The position numbers and the translations under genes were made by a program. A stretch of 64,000 nt of DNA from Selaginella moellendorffii (lineage: Eukaryota; Plantae; Lycopodiophyta). Shown here in pieces: positions 1-13,168 of this stretch. The stretch lies in the NCBI RefSeq assembly GCF_000143415.4, contig NW_003314335.1:210856-274855 (forward strand). Direction: 5' to 3'. Position 1 is the stretch's first letter. Each line of letters starts with the position of its first letter. The notes under the pieces are model-generated. The model was given only the letters and a program-made list of their open reading frames with translations. It was not told the DNA's origin and ran no database searches.

Positions 1-1574
1 TTGCCGACTGCAAGGGCCAGATCAATGTCAACTTTGCAAGAGATGTCCAATGCTGAGACCGAGTGTGTCAAAGCGCCACTATTTTGTTTCACATCAATCA
101 GAAAAGAAGAAGAAGAAAACTTGATGATACCTCGAAATGTAAGTCACACCAGTGCTCCCAATCTTTCCGACTGTGCTTAAAGTAACGTTTCCAGAAGCCT
201 GTTTGATCTTGCAGTAAGATAAGAGTCAAGAAAATCTTGCGAGGCATAATACATACCTCCGTTTGTACTCGGCCGCCCACGATTTCAACAGCTTCTCGTA
301 GTAAACCCACATCAATATCTCCATTTGCTTGTGTACTCACCATATTGTCCAACATTATCCGTGTGACTTTGCCTTTGTCTAAAATGGCAAGAACGCGCCT
401 CACTTCATCTAGCGTTCTCGTCTCCACCTGTTAGATTTTCAAATGAATCAGAGACCAGGCAAACAACTCAAGGACTTGCGAGTCACCTCGACGCCAATAT
501 CAAGTCCTTTCTCTTCCAAATACTTCGTCACTGCAAAGATGGCATTCTCTATACCGCCAGCGACTGCTATGTGATTGTCCTTCACCATAACCATATCGTA
601 AAGTCCCATTCGATGGTTCTCTCCTCCTCCAATCAAAACCTGAATTGAACACCCCATTACCGTGGAAAAAATCCATTTTGAATCACTTACGGCCCACTTA
701 TCAATCAGACGAAGGCCAGGTGCAGTCTTTCTCGTCTCCAGTATTCTCGCTGGTTTCGCAGCATCAGCCATTTTCTAAGAAAGCACAAGATGGAAACAAT
801 TAGGAAAAGCGACTGTTCAAGAAGCTTATTCTTGCCTTTGTTGCAGTGGCGATGCCACTCATGCGTTGCATGAAATTTAAAACGACCCTTTCAGCTGTCA
901 AGATACTCCTCGCATTGCCTGAAGGACCAAAAAGAAAAACGTAAAGGATTACAAACAAGGCTGGCTGGATCAACAGTTTGGACTTACATTGTGATACATA
1001 CCACATACTTTCCCAAAAACTTGGCCTTTCTCCACGGTGCTCCCATCCTCCACTGCCCAATCAGTCTAGAAAAAAATACTTAAAATAAAAGAGCTTTGAT
1101 CTGCATACTTTCAGCGAAGGATCGAGTTCTTGAAAAACCATATCCGCCAGAGCAATGCCAGCGATCACACCATTTTCTTTGGCAAGAAATCTAGCCTCCG
1201 CTGTCATCTCCGCTGGAATAGTCGCCAAACAGGAGACATCCCCTGACAAAAGAAGCAAAATTTGTGACAAACGCCTTTCCCAGCAATCGTAATTCCACTG
1301 ACCTCGATCTCCTGCGTCTTCTGAGAGCGCGAGCTGAATCACTTCCCTCAAATTGTAGGTCGGATGCACCGGCGGCGGCACTGCTCCAGCTCCATTGACA
1401 CTCTTGCTCACTCCCGCCATCGCCTGGCGCCTAAAGAGAGATTTTCAGATGCGCGCCACGGCAGTGATCTCACCTCCACCCGACGCTAGAGCTCACACCG
1501 CTGGAATTCGACCTCCCGGGAGAGAAACCCTTCGCAATACGGGGCAAGGCGGGGACTCCATAGCCGCGCAACAT
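1..1574 (-). CDS. QPT: Quinolinate phosphoribosyltransferase (nicotinate-nucleotide pyrophosphorylase, NadC), multi-exon, 3' end runs off the window
   Basis: Exon peptides [75 protein letters not shown] and [14 protein letters not shown] are diagnostic. Exon 1 (ATG 1574, [16 protein letters not shown]..., transit-peptide-like) splices in frame to ...RQAMAGVSK. Includes a GC-AG intron at 835-775. Confidence 0.95.
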
Positions 1575-2493
1575 AGCAATTATTTAGGGCTAGGGCTTGG
1601 GCTAGGGCTTATTGAAGATATCCCACATGCCCTAGCGTGGATTCGCGCCATGGTCATGGTATAAAGCAAATGTATCGTAGATGATCTAATTTAAAAAGGG
1701 TCGGTTGGCTAAATATGCCACATGCGCCATTTTGCGTGCGTGCCGTATGGATATCAAGACATATGGCCGACATAATTTTTGGACCACCGTAGAGGGTTTG
1801 GCAGCGCTTTGCCAGACCCTACAAATTTAAACCCCAACAAGGCATAAATTTTCAAACTAAGCAAAACCGTTAGTGGGTATATGCCCCGAATCTTGTCAGA
1901 ATTGCCGCCAAAATATAGGCTTTTAAAAACTCACGGTGGAAAGAGATAGAGGCATTTGATGCTGGGGGGCGTGGGATTCGTAAGCTAGGGCTTTGTGGGG
2001 GGAGGTGGAAGAGCCCTACACTGGCGCTGCGAGCTCGGCTATGGCGCCCGATCGATGGAGCGGCCAGTCGCGGTCATTTCAGGTAGTGGCTGCCATGACG
2101 ACGACTGGAGCGCGCCAGTGCGCAAAGCTGCTCCATCGGTAGTGCTCCTCGCTTTTTTCCCCGCTTTCCTCTCTCGCCACTGTTCTTGGGGAGACCGGCC
2201 GATCTGTCGCACACTGTGGCATCATATCTGCGCTGGCGGGCCGACCACTGGATCCAATCGAGGTACTTCGCTTTGGATCTAAGAAATTTCCGCCATGGAT
2301 TAGGGTTTCTGTGTAGTCGCAGGTTCCCTGTTCGTCGTGAAAGCTCCGTGTTTTTGACCCAGCTCTCCTCTCGCGACTGCAAACCCTAGGCTGGGCCGGG
2401 CTGGGCTAGGCTGGAAAAGCGCGTCTGGGCAGTTTTTGGATGAGATTTTTGGGGGGTTTCTGGGCAGATCCGATTGTTTAGGGAGGCAGGAGG

Positions 2494-4099
2494 ATGTCGC
2501 AGCTTTCGGCAGAGGAGGCTCATGTCTACTCGCAGAGCCCAGCGCATTACGCAGTCGCCAGATGCGACTATGGCCTCCTCCGATCGGTGCTCTCCCGGCT
2601 GCCGCGATTGCCAACCGCGGGAGAGGTTAGCTCCGAGGTGGACTCGCTTCTAGCGGAGCAAAAGGCCGATATAGTTTCGTCGGTGATCGACAACAGGGAA
2701 GTTCCTGGGAGGGAGACTCCATTGCATTTGGCGGTGAGGCTCGGGAATGCGAGGGCGGTGGAGATGCTAGCGGCAGCAGGGGCGGACTGTAGTTTGCAGA
2801 ATGGTCGGGGATGGAGTGCGCTCCAGGAGGCCGTGTGTGCTCGCAAGGAAGCTATTGCGATGGTCATCACCAAGTACTATCAGCCCATGGCGTGGTCGAA
2901 GTGGTGTCGGCGGCTGCCACGGATTGTAGCGGAGCTCAACAGGATGAAGGATTTCTACATGGAGCTCACGTTTCATTTCGAGAGCTCGGTCATCCCGTTT
3001 ATCGGGAGGATTGCTCCGTCGGACACTTACAAGATATGGAAGCGTGGTTCCAACCTGAGAGCGGACATGACACTGGCTGGCTTCGACTCGTTCAAGATCC
3101 AGAGGTCGGATCGGAGCTACTTGTTCTTGGGAAAAGAGAATATGGGATCTGGAGAGCTCTTGGTGCTGATGCACAAGAAGAAGGAGGTTGTGAATGCGTT
3201 TGAAGATGCCGCGGTACAGCCATCGGACGCTGAGGTGGCTCACGAGGTGGCTGTGATGTCTCGGGCGAATGTCTATCGGCCAGGTTTGGATGTAACTCAA
3301 GCGCAGCTGGTTCCGCAGTTGACGTGGAGGAAACACGAGAAGGCCGAGACAGTGGGGAACTGGAAGTGCAAGGTGTATGACATGCAAAACGTGTCCGTTA
3401 GTATCAGATCTAGAAAGGTGCTGGGGGCAGTGGAGGAAGACGAAGAAGAGGAAACTTTAGATTATGCCAACTTGCTAACGGAGGAGGAGAAACATCAGCT
3501 GGAGATGGTTTTGAGTGGCGATTGCGAGAACTTAGAAGAACAGAAAGAGAACTCGGCTTGTGTCAATGGTCGAGGTGGGAGGCCGAAAGCCGAAAAGTCC
3601 AGGCCTATAAGCGGTAAGGAAGAGGACGATTCCAAAAAGTCTAGCGCAAAGGAAGAGGAGAGCGAGTTCAAGAAGGGACTTAGACCCACCCTTTGGGTGA
3701 CAGATAATTTTCCTCTCAAGATCGAGGAGCTTCTTCCACTGCTTGACATTTTGTCCAGCAAAGTCAAGGCCGTCCGGAGGCTTAGAGAGTTGCTGACTAC
3801 GAAACTGCCAGCGGGAACTTTTCCTGTCAAGGTTCGATTCTTTTTCTTTTTCTTTTTCCAGTGTAAGCCTCATTGCGTGTCAACAGATGTCCATTCCGGT
3901 GGTGCCGACGATTAGAGTCATCGTCACGTTTTCCAAGTTCCAAGAGCGGCACGCGATGCAGAACAACCTGAAACCCGAGCATACTGGATCCTGGTTTTCT
4001 TGGATGAAAAGTTCGAATCCTAGTTCCGAGCACGCGGACCCGTTCCTGGTTCCAGGCGATTATACGTGGAAGAAAGGGAAGCAAGTGATCGTCCCATAG
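2494..4099 (+). CDS. ANKRD13-like protein (ankyrin repeats plus GPCR-chaperone/ANKRD13 C-terminal domain)
   Basis: Ankyrin motifs ETPLHLAV and GWSALQEA; family motifs DFYMELTFHFESSVIP, APSDTYKIWKRG, LRADMTLAGF and KLPAGTFPVK|MSIPVVPTIRV. One GT-AG intron at 3832-3886. Confidence 0.9.
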
Positions 4100-6338
4100 A
4101 AGAATGGTACGTGTAATGCATATGGTTTGGCTGAAACACTCCTGCGACTGTTTTATAGGTCGTTTTCAGGCACACTACTAATACATATATAAGAAATTGT
4201 AAATCAGGTGAGAGATGTTTCGATTCCTTAAGTGAATACACAATTTTTTGGTAGACAAAATGAAAAACTGGCACCATCGACATAAGACTCTTGCCTGGAA
4301 GAGCCTAAGTCACCGCAATGCTTTCGTGGATTGCAGAGTTGACGTTACGCTCATCTCAGTTTAATGGCTTCAGTTCGAAAACTAGACCACTAACAGGTAT
4401 CCTTACTTCATTTTTACTGTTCTCATATCTTTGCTGGTTTGAATGATATACAGGATGATGATGGCGAAGAAAGTGTTGCCGTTCCCTGGAAGTTTTGCTG
4501 TACTCGAGTAACGTAAGTAATTAGAGCATCGAGACTATAGATGTAGGTTCCTTTTAAGTAGACCTTTATATATTATCTTTCAGATCTCCGCAGTACTTCC
4601 TCGCCAAACTTTTCTGGTTGCGGTTGGAAACACCGAGAAGCAAATGACGGAGCTTCACCCTTTTTCCTCTTCGCCTCGTAAGTGCATTGTCTTTAAGTGA
4701 AACTCTTATAACTGCTGGAAATTTTGTCCTCCTAGATCTCTTCCGGAAATTCTCTGCTCTAGCTGACAGGCCAATAAAAAAAGCATGGAACAGAAAAAGA
4801 AAGCAAATCCAAGCAACAAGCAGCTCGCTCTCAGATGCCCAGCAACAGACAGAATTTGTCCATTTAAACAGGCACGCACCAAACATCCTGCCCCACGGAT
4901 TTCGCTCTCATCTTCTCATAATGCGTGTCTCTCTTTTTTTTTCTTCCTTTTCCACTGTAGCCGGACGAACAAAAGGCCCGACTTACATGAGAGTCTTCAT
5001 GTTCATCGTAAGCGATGCATCACCTGCGCACCCAAGGTATGTATGATCCCCTTTGTTTAATCGTATCTATCCGTTATCTAATCCAGAAAAGCAAATAATT
5101 CGACTCGATCTCCTTGGCAGGGGCTTTCTCTATCTGTAAACATCGAGATCGTCTCGAAAGGCTGGCCGGCTGGCCCTTGGTTCATTAAAATTCCAACCTG
5201 AAACGCACCAACATCATGATTGCGCGCCTCGGAGCTTATTTTTTTTGTCTAGCCAGCCACCGCCACAGCGAGCCGACGAAATGATCCGATCCATCGCGGT
5301 TTGTGCTCTCTCATCTTTTCCCACTGTAAGTGTCACTCACAAACTCAAGAACTTCGATGCTTTCTCTAACACTTCTTTTTCTTGTTTTTGGTATATAGTG
5401 AACTTGACAATGTGAATGCCATGGAATCAAATGGTGGTGCCACCATTTTGCTCGGCCATCCATGGTTAATATCCAAGACTCTGATTGACAAAAGATTCTT
5501 GGATTGGAATCTCGTGCTCGGGAACAGGGCTTGTACACTCGTCCAACACATTGACCACAGAAAAGCATTGTGTGGGTGTTAAGAAACCGCAACGTTAGAG
5601 TCAAGTTCCTCATTTATCAGGAGTGAGTGCTGGAGGAGAAAATTCTAAACAAACCAACGCCAACTCGATCAATCAATATTTTGAGAGGGTGGTAAGAAGC
5701 AACCATACTTCTCTAAGGTACTTGGGATCTCATCAAATCTCCTTGTACTTTGTATGGTATGATTTTTTATATATATATATTTTTTTCCTTTTACATCTTT
5801 AACTTGGGTTGGAGCTTTGCGTTTGGGTCCCTTGTTTCTGACACGACTCAGCACGGAAACAACTCAAGAACACACTCATGAAAAGCAAGAGAGCATTCGT
5901 ATACACAAGAAGAGAGACCAGATCTTGCATTGTCCAGCCTGCCTTCTCGACTTAAAAAGAGGGAAGTAAAAATGGAAACTTTGATCCCTGATCGAGTTCA
6001 AACACTCTGGAAAAGAAAAGTTGCGAGCTCGCGAAGAACGTGTCCCGGAGCCCTTTTCTCTCCATTGAGCCGGAGCCTTCGCGTTGAGTTGTAATCTGCA
6101 TGGGAAATAGCGAAATCCTACACATCAAGCTCGGAATCAAAAGTTCCTCCTATAGCTACACAATAAGTAAAGATGAAACAAGCAGGAGAAGAAAAAAAAA
6201 AAGAATGGAAGAAAAAAAGGAACCGAGGAGAGGACCTCCGCAAAAAGTTGTAGAGCCTCGAGAAGAAGTCACTGCAACTTTCCTTCTCTCCACCTCGTGT
6301 CCATTTACAGCACCACCCCATCGCCAGGAAACTCTGGA

Positions 6339-7638
6339 TCAAATCGGATCACACGTCTGCGACGAGCACAAAGATCCCAACCGCAGCGACAAATCCAACT
6401 GAAACAGCCCCCCGCCGCCGACACCAACTCCGTCACCTCCGTCACCGTCACTCCGTTCTCCATCCCTCGCCAAATCTTCCAAGTTCGTAGCCGTGGTACT
6501 CTGCTTGTGAGCCGTGGTGGTGGCGGTGGTGGTGGCATTGTCCTCGGCCACTGCCACATGAACGTTCTNNNNNNNNNNNNNNNNNNNNNNNNNNNNNNNN
6601 NNNNNNNNNNNNNNNNNNNNNNNNNNNNNNNNNNNNNNNNNNNNNNNNNNNNNNNNNNNNNNNNNNNNACTTGCCGCCCGGAAGATCCTCGTCGAGGAAG
6701 CTTGCTCCAAATCCCCTGCCCCCTCCAACCAGATCCTCAAACCGAGCACCGCTCCTCATCCCTCCTCCTCCTCCTCCGCCCAGATACTTCCCCACCGCCG
6801 GCTGCAATGAGATCGAGGCTGGTCGCAGCCATCCGTGGTGCCCGGTCGGGAGAGCCGGCGCTGGGCTTCCCCCGCCGCCACCATTGGCCGATCGCACAGC
6901 GTTCTCGATCAGCGTGGTGGCGGTGAGATGCGCGGCCGAGTGGGCTTTCACCCCGAGATTCCTGTCGAGGGAGCTGGCCCCGGAGCCCAGGATGGGCGAG
7001 TGGATGTGGCGGTAGGCCTGCGCGAGGCTGTGAGATCGCTGCGCTTGCCTCGCCGCGGTGCGCTCCCTCTTGTGGGCGTTTTGGTGGCCGCCCAGCGCTT
7101 GCGAGCTCGTGAACTTGCGCTGGCAATACGGGCAAGGGAAGACCCGCGGCTCGGACGCCTGGCCGCCGAAAGCCGTCGGCGAGGAATCGAGAGATGGAGG
7201 AGGAACTGAGATCATCCCTCCTCCTACCAAGCCTTGGTGGTGATGATCGTGAGGAGGAGCCGGCCTCTTGGCACTGTCGAAGAGAGGAGGGCTCGACATC
7301 CAATCCCGGCTGCTGCATTCCACGTCCCCGGAGGCGCTGGGCTTGGATTGATTGGTGCCGCTGCAAGAATCCAAATCTTTGGGCGATTCCTGGAATTTGG
7401 GATGATCCCGGGTCCAGCAGCTCTCGTCGGGCTTGACCTCCAAAAGAACGGCCTGGCCCGGCGAGAGGATGTGGTGAGAACCGAAGCGAGCGAGAGGAAG
7501 ATCGTCCCCTTCCTCCTGGTGGAGTCTTTTCGTCTGGAAATCACCAATGCTCAAGCTCAGATCCAAAGCTGACCTCTTGAATCGCCGCGATGCATCGTCT
7601 TGGCCGCCCCAGGCGTGGCTCAGCTCCGTTGTTGACAT
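6339..7638 (-). CDS. Single C2H2 (QALGGH) zinc-finger transcriptional repressor with EAR motif; CDS interrupted by an assembly gap
   Basis: [27 protein letters not shown]. Beyond the gap, the frame ending at 6339 carries the C-terminal EAR motif LDLSLRL. A second LDLSLSI lies near the N-terminus. Confidence 0.9.
6569..6668. other. Assembly gap (100 N)
   Basis: Run of N. Confidence 1.
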
Positions 7639-7707
7639 CGAGCTCTCGCCGCGCGAGCGAAGCTATTGCCGCCGACAAAGACCCTTCCCCCTCTCTTGCG
7701 AAATCTC

Positions 7708-7745
7708 TTTCTTCTTCTTCTTCTTCTTCTTCGTCTTCTTCTTCG
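7708..7745. repeat. (TTC)n microsatellite in the 5' leader of the zinc-finger gene
   Basis: ttcttcttc... with two gtc interruptions. Confidence 0.8.
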
Positions 7746-9268
7746 TCACAGCCTTGGAATCCAAGCCAAGCGATGCGATCTTTCTTCCTTCCAGCCCCGA
7801 AATATCGCAACTATCTAGCGCCACGGATCGATTAGCGTCGCGGCCGCGGCAAAGAAAGGAATCGATCTATCTAATCCGAGGCTCCTCGCGACGAATCTTG
7901 ATCTGGCCAGAATTTGCCGCCGCGGACGAGGAGTGGAATGGATTGGAAGGGAGGAGAGATTATAGCGAAGATCGAGAGAGAAAGCAAAGAAATGGAAGCG
8001 CTACACACTACCACTCCGCCAAGGGTTCAAGAAGATGGGTTTTCTCTAGCCGTACAAATTTGGGGCTAGACTGGCCCAAACGCCAGTTCTGGACCGCTAG
8101 AAGTGAGAATGCGCACGGACAGTTCAGCGCGGCGCGGCATCGTTAGATCGCTGGGCATCGACGGCAGGGAAGCGCGAAGCGTGGCGCGACCGCAGGGGGT
8201 CTTAATAGAATGGGCCGTGGGTTCTATTTTACTGGACAAGACCACCACAAATACAAATGATACACACAAAACCAAAGGGATGGAAATTTTCACATTCATT
8301 GATTAAAATCGCGCATAGAATAATGATAGAGTTGCTAATAACGGCTGAATGGCCGTTTTTGTCACTGTTGTCTTCTCCTTTGAAAGACTTTTTGAAAGAT
8401 CGGGGGATTGCCGATTGCCAGCCAGTTTAATTTAAAACTGTGCAAGAATAAGAAAAACCAAACCCACTAAACGTGTCAGTTAAGTTAATTTTCAAACAAC
8501 TAGAAACCAAACCCGGTGTACATTTCGATATTCTTTCCCAGGTGCGTGTATGTAAGTCTTTAGGGCAACCCCACCCACCCCACCACCTTTTCCAGGAGAG
8601 AACTTCCAAGTAACTTGTGTAGCTATAGCTAGGGCAATTTGTACTACGGCGAAGTTGCCCCTTGGAGACAATGATGTGAAGTGTTGTCTCATGCAAATCA
8701 AAGCACAACAATTTGAGGAAGAGAAGAAGAAGATTCCCCCCACATTTTGCACCCTTAGATTAGACCCCACTTTAGGGCTTAAAAGGTGGGTGATTAAAGG
8801 TAAAGCACGAGGGAATGATTAAGCTAATCAAGGCCCTTGTTGTATCTAGTGAGTGCGCATGGAAGACTTTGGAGGAGAGAAAGAGAACTTTTGCTCGCTT
8901 AAGACAGGACCGTATGGAATTAAATTCATTTCTTTGGAGGCTTTGCTCGCTGTAGCGGGCAAGGGCCCCCCTTTGAAGGGTCGTATACCTGTCCAGTGTT
9001 CCTCTTGTGTGTTTCTGTGTGATCTCTTTTGAATGACGAGATGGCACAACATGGATACCTCTGTCTCGTTTAGCCAGTTGCAATGTCCCAGCAGAGCCAA
9101 GTTGATCGATCTGTAGAAAAAAGGGCCGCCATTGAAACCAAAAAGGAGGAAACTGTGTTAAGCTACTGCTCCTACGTAATCTCAAGTACCTCTGTCGTCT
9201 ATACGACTGTAATTGTGATTAGAATCAGTAAATAAGTGTTGAGACTGGTGGATGAAAAGTGCACTGTT

Positions 9269-9370
9269 NNNNNNNNNNNNNNNNNNNNNNNNNNNNNNNN
9301 NNNNNNNNNNNNNNNNNNNNNNNNNNNNNNNNNNNNNNNNNNNNNNNNNNNNNNNNNNNNNNNNNNNNNN
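9269..9370. other. Assembly gap
   Basis: Run of N. Confidence 1.
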
Positions 9371-12061
9371 GGGAAGATCAACAGGAGATTCTTATGACTT
9401 CCACTATGCAACACGAGGGGTTTGGAATTAGATGACCTTCCACCCCACTAGAAATATAGTTTTCTTTTGGATACATGATCTTTCGTTTGCATTTTACAAT
9501 TGGTGATGAGGGAGTGTAATGTCTAGAAACACTGAGCCAATATTATAGACATTTCGCCAAGGGACAATGACAAGCACTTACAGGGAAAGGGAGATTGAAG
9601 TCTTGTCACGCTGCAAATCCTTTTTGCTCCAATCTTCTGTTGTTGACATGCCTTTGCTACCAGATCAAAATGCCCAATATGGGTACGTGTTCGTGAGTGT
9701 AGAAGGCTTTGGGTCCCAGATAAAAGGATCGAACTTTGCATCAAGTAAACAGGGCCGAAATATCGAGTATTTTATACGAGAAATAGTATATAAAAGTGTG
9801 GCAATTCGCAACAGATAAGATTCTTGCAACACTTGTGAGCCCAGTCCCGACGGAACTGGAACAGCTCTTTCGGGCTTTGCAGCCTGGAATGTGGATCGTT
9901 CACCCGAGCTTTTCTTCGCTTTTCGTATTAAATATACTTTTGAGTTGTTCATACTTGTCGTCTCGCCTGTCTTTGTGAACTGGTTAAACAATTAGAAGAT
10001 GTGCTATCGTAAAACATGCAAACAATTGTGGGAGGTGTTCCTTTTTTGTTTACTTTGCTTTTTTTCGTGGAGTGTGTGGGGGTGGGGTCGTCTTGCTCTT
10101 GTGTCCAAGTACACGAAGTTGCATTGATGGGAAAGTATAAGATATTTAATCTTTGCTTGGGGCTTTTAACATTTAGAAGTTGGCGAATCGCTTTGTGCAA
10201 GATTCGACTTCTCTCGCCCTCTCGATCGCATGACAAGGAGGTTTTAAGTTTAAATCCAGGACACCCACGGGTCGCCACCGCCTCCACCACGTTTGGGAAA
10301 ACAAATCAAGCTCTCTATTCAAAGGAAGATTCTTCCTCTAGAGCTTGATTTGAAGTAAAACAATGGCCCCCAACCCCACAATCCCCACCATGCTGATTGA
10401 ATCATTCCTCTTGTCTTGCACTGCAGCATGTACCACTAGCAACAACAGCACAAAAACAACTGATATGGAAACTGGAATCAAAATGACAACTGACATTATG
10501 GTCTTGGTCATGCATGTTCAACAGAAGCTTAGTGATTTTGTTCCGAGTGATTAGCTTTCATTAGATTGAGAAATGAGCTACATTATGAAGGGTGGTTTTC
10601 AACACCCTCTTGGGTATGGTATGGTACACACCATCAGTGTGTGGAAGCTATTACCTAGTACTAGGTAGGCCTACCTTGATGTTCATGCAAAGGTATAGGA
10701 AAATAAAAAATAATTGAATAAAGAAAATTAAGCCGGCTAGAAGCATTAAGAAACAACAGCTGCTCTTCCCCACAAAACAGTCACAGTCAGTCAGGAAAGA
10801 TAGTTTGAGTGTTGTTAGGACTTGGTGTCTGATCCTACTTTATTAAGCACTGATTTTAATTTCCTGGGTTCTTAAGAAGCTCGCTAGTACATATAGGTAA
10901 GGGTGGCAGAACTGCCTGGCACATTTGCCTGCCACACTACTGACCACTGTGCTCCATGACTGTACTGTACTGAAGGCACTGCACTGCCTGCTGTCCAATT
11001 TTAACATGGATTTGATTGAGACAACCCAATTTCTCCTCCATCCACTTCACTTCTTTTTCTTTGTCCACCTCTGTTGAAAAGTTTTAGGTCATTCTCGCTG
11101 GCTTTGCTTGGTTGCTGCACTCTGCTGCACTCTGCAACTGGAACTGCAACTGCATTGCCTTCCCTTAGATCTCCATCCATCATAGCATACACATGCAAGC
11201 CTCTCACATATACATGCATTATAAAATACAGTTGAGTACTTCCAGCAAGTTCAGGGGAAAGGCAGTGTATTCTTTTGAATTCTACTTGATTATTTCTTAA
11301 AGATGGCAAACGAGTACAACGAAATTCACTATTGTATTGCTGTCATAAAAATTAAGCTATGCCATGAAAACCAAGAAAACCATGTGGGCCGACTTAATGA
11401 TCGTAGCCGTATACGAGTAGCCATCTAGGTGTATATGGACTGCTCGTATGTGCCACAATAGATCGTATTGAAGTGCGGTCAAAGCAAGTAAATCTAAGGG
11501 AAAACCCCTCCCCGCACTCGTAGCGTTTACCATATTTACTTTCCTGTCTATGTATAGCTACAGTATACAAAAGTATGATCGGGGACTCGGCACGAGCGGT
11601 GATTACGTCACATTTGCTAAAATCGAACACCTCTTAATCCCGGGCATTATGTTTGACAAAGATCTTATGTCACGCAATTCCTCACAATCTTCACAAAGTT
11701 GACGCCGTCTCGATTACATTTTTTCGCTTCTTTTCGTAAAGCTCTTGAGTTCCCAAGGGCCATAGCCTCTAATGATGGTGTAGTTCTATGACTATCTATC
11801 TGTCTATCTTGTTGATCTCATTGGTCATAGCTCGCTCTTCTTTTGAGACGTTTTTATTTTGCGCTCTCGTCCGTCCCGTGCTTGTTTGTTTGTGTGGGTA
11901 TGTGTGTTGAGGGGAAGAACAACAAAAGTTTCACGGAAACCCGAGTCAGGTTTCCCACAGCATCATTTTGCTTCAGCTGCCTGCTGATACCATGCTGATG
12001 CAATCCATCAATCACTCCAGAGAGGAGACGCCTTCAATTCTCTCAGACTTGAGTTCAGACT

Positions 12062-12087
12062 CACACACACACACACACACACACACA
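12062..12087. repeat. (CA)n microsatellite
   Basis: About 13 CA units. Confidence 0.9.
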
Positions 12088-13168
12088 ACTCACCCACACA
12101 GATGCAAGAAATTATATGCCAACCAAAGAGAGACCAAACCTCAAACAAGCAGCAAATCAACAAGAAAGATCTCTCCCTCTGAAGGCACAGACAAGACACT
12201 GGAACTGGGTACCAAAAAGGAGTACCCATCTCCCCATGCCCTTCTATTTGATATTTTTTTTATTCTGCCATTGCACCAGGCCGTCTGCCTGGTGAGGTGA
12301 TTCTTCTGCAGAAGTTGGAACTGAACCAATTTGATGATGGCTTTTCTTTTTGGGCTTGCTAAGTTGCAGCCAACTTTGGCTGCATTCATGCACATATATG
12401 TGTGCTCCCCTGTTCTTGGGCCATACTGCCAGGTGCCAGCCCAAGTGGAACAGATCTTGACATAGTGAGGTTGTAAAAGTACAGCGCTGTACTCAGGAGT
12501 GTTGCCTTTCGTTCCTGTTTTTGACCCGCACAAAACCTGCTGGTTTTCATCTCACAACATGCTTTGGCTGGTGTTACGTTGATTGATTGAAGCATTTTAC
12601 CGGAAACGGCGTGTCGCGTACCTTTTCAAAGCAAGTTCTTTGGATTGGAACTGTTGATGGAATTTTTTACAGCCCCTCCCCACTAGATATAAGGCGAGAC
12701 GTGAGCATGACCGCAACCTATCTCTCTGCAATCCACAGCATGACAACGCAAACTCATTAACAAAGTAAACGATTTCCAGAGAATCAAGCAGCTGCAGGAG
12801 AGCGCACGATCCTTATATCCACAATCAGAGTTCAACATGTGATTCAATGCTTTTTCTCGGCAAGGGACGAATGAGCTAGAAAACAAGCAGGCATGCCGGG
12901 GGAGACGAACGAAAAATAGAAACGGGGTGCTATGGTAGCAATCCCGCTCCATGATCCGGTATCTCAGTCTTAAAGCAAATAAAACAAAACCAGTGCAAGA
13001 AGAAAAAACGGAGAGGATTGTCTACCTTACCAATCAAACCTGATAAATGAAGCCCGAAGTGGTAGAAGTAACTAGAGGCAACGAACATGTTTGGCACTTC
13101 CTAACGTTGTGGACGATTTACTGATGAGCAAGCTGATGTTGTTATGATTCTGTCGATTCTGTCGATTT

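Noticed and set aside
1561-1657. Upstream ATGs (MTMARIH...) as the QPT start
   Set aside because: The frame stops at TAA before exon 1; at most a uORF. ATG 1574 gives the in-frame splice.
2568-3873. Antisense and alternative-frame ORFs over ANKRD13-like, ZFP, PPR, ECH and RPS15 exons
   Set aside because: Shadow ORFs of GC-rich coding sequence with no recognisable domains.
10652-10667. 16-bp perfect palindrome TACCTAGTACTAGGTA
   Set aside because: Isolated and short; plausible by chance in 64 kb.
10970-11170. miR408-like TGCACTGCCT seed
   Set aside because: Only ~10 nt match and no complementary arm is evident.
8400-12950. Numerous 60-137 aa ORFs
   Set aside because: No motifs or coherent exon chains; treated as intergenic or repeat DNA.
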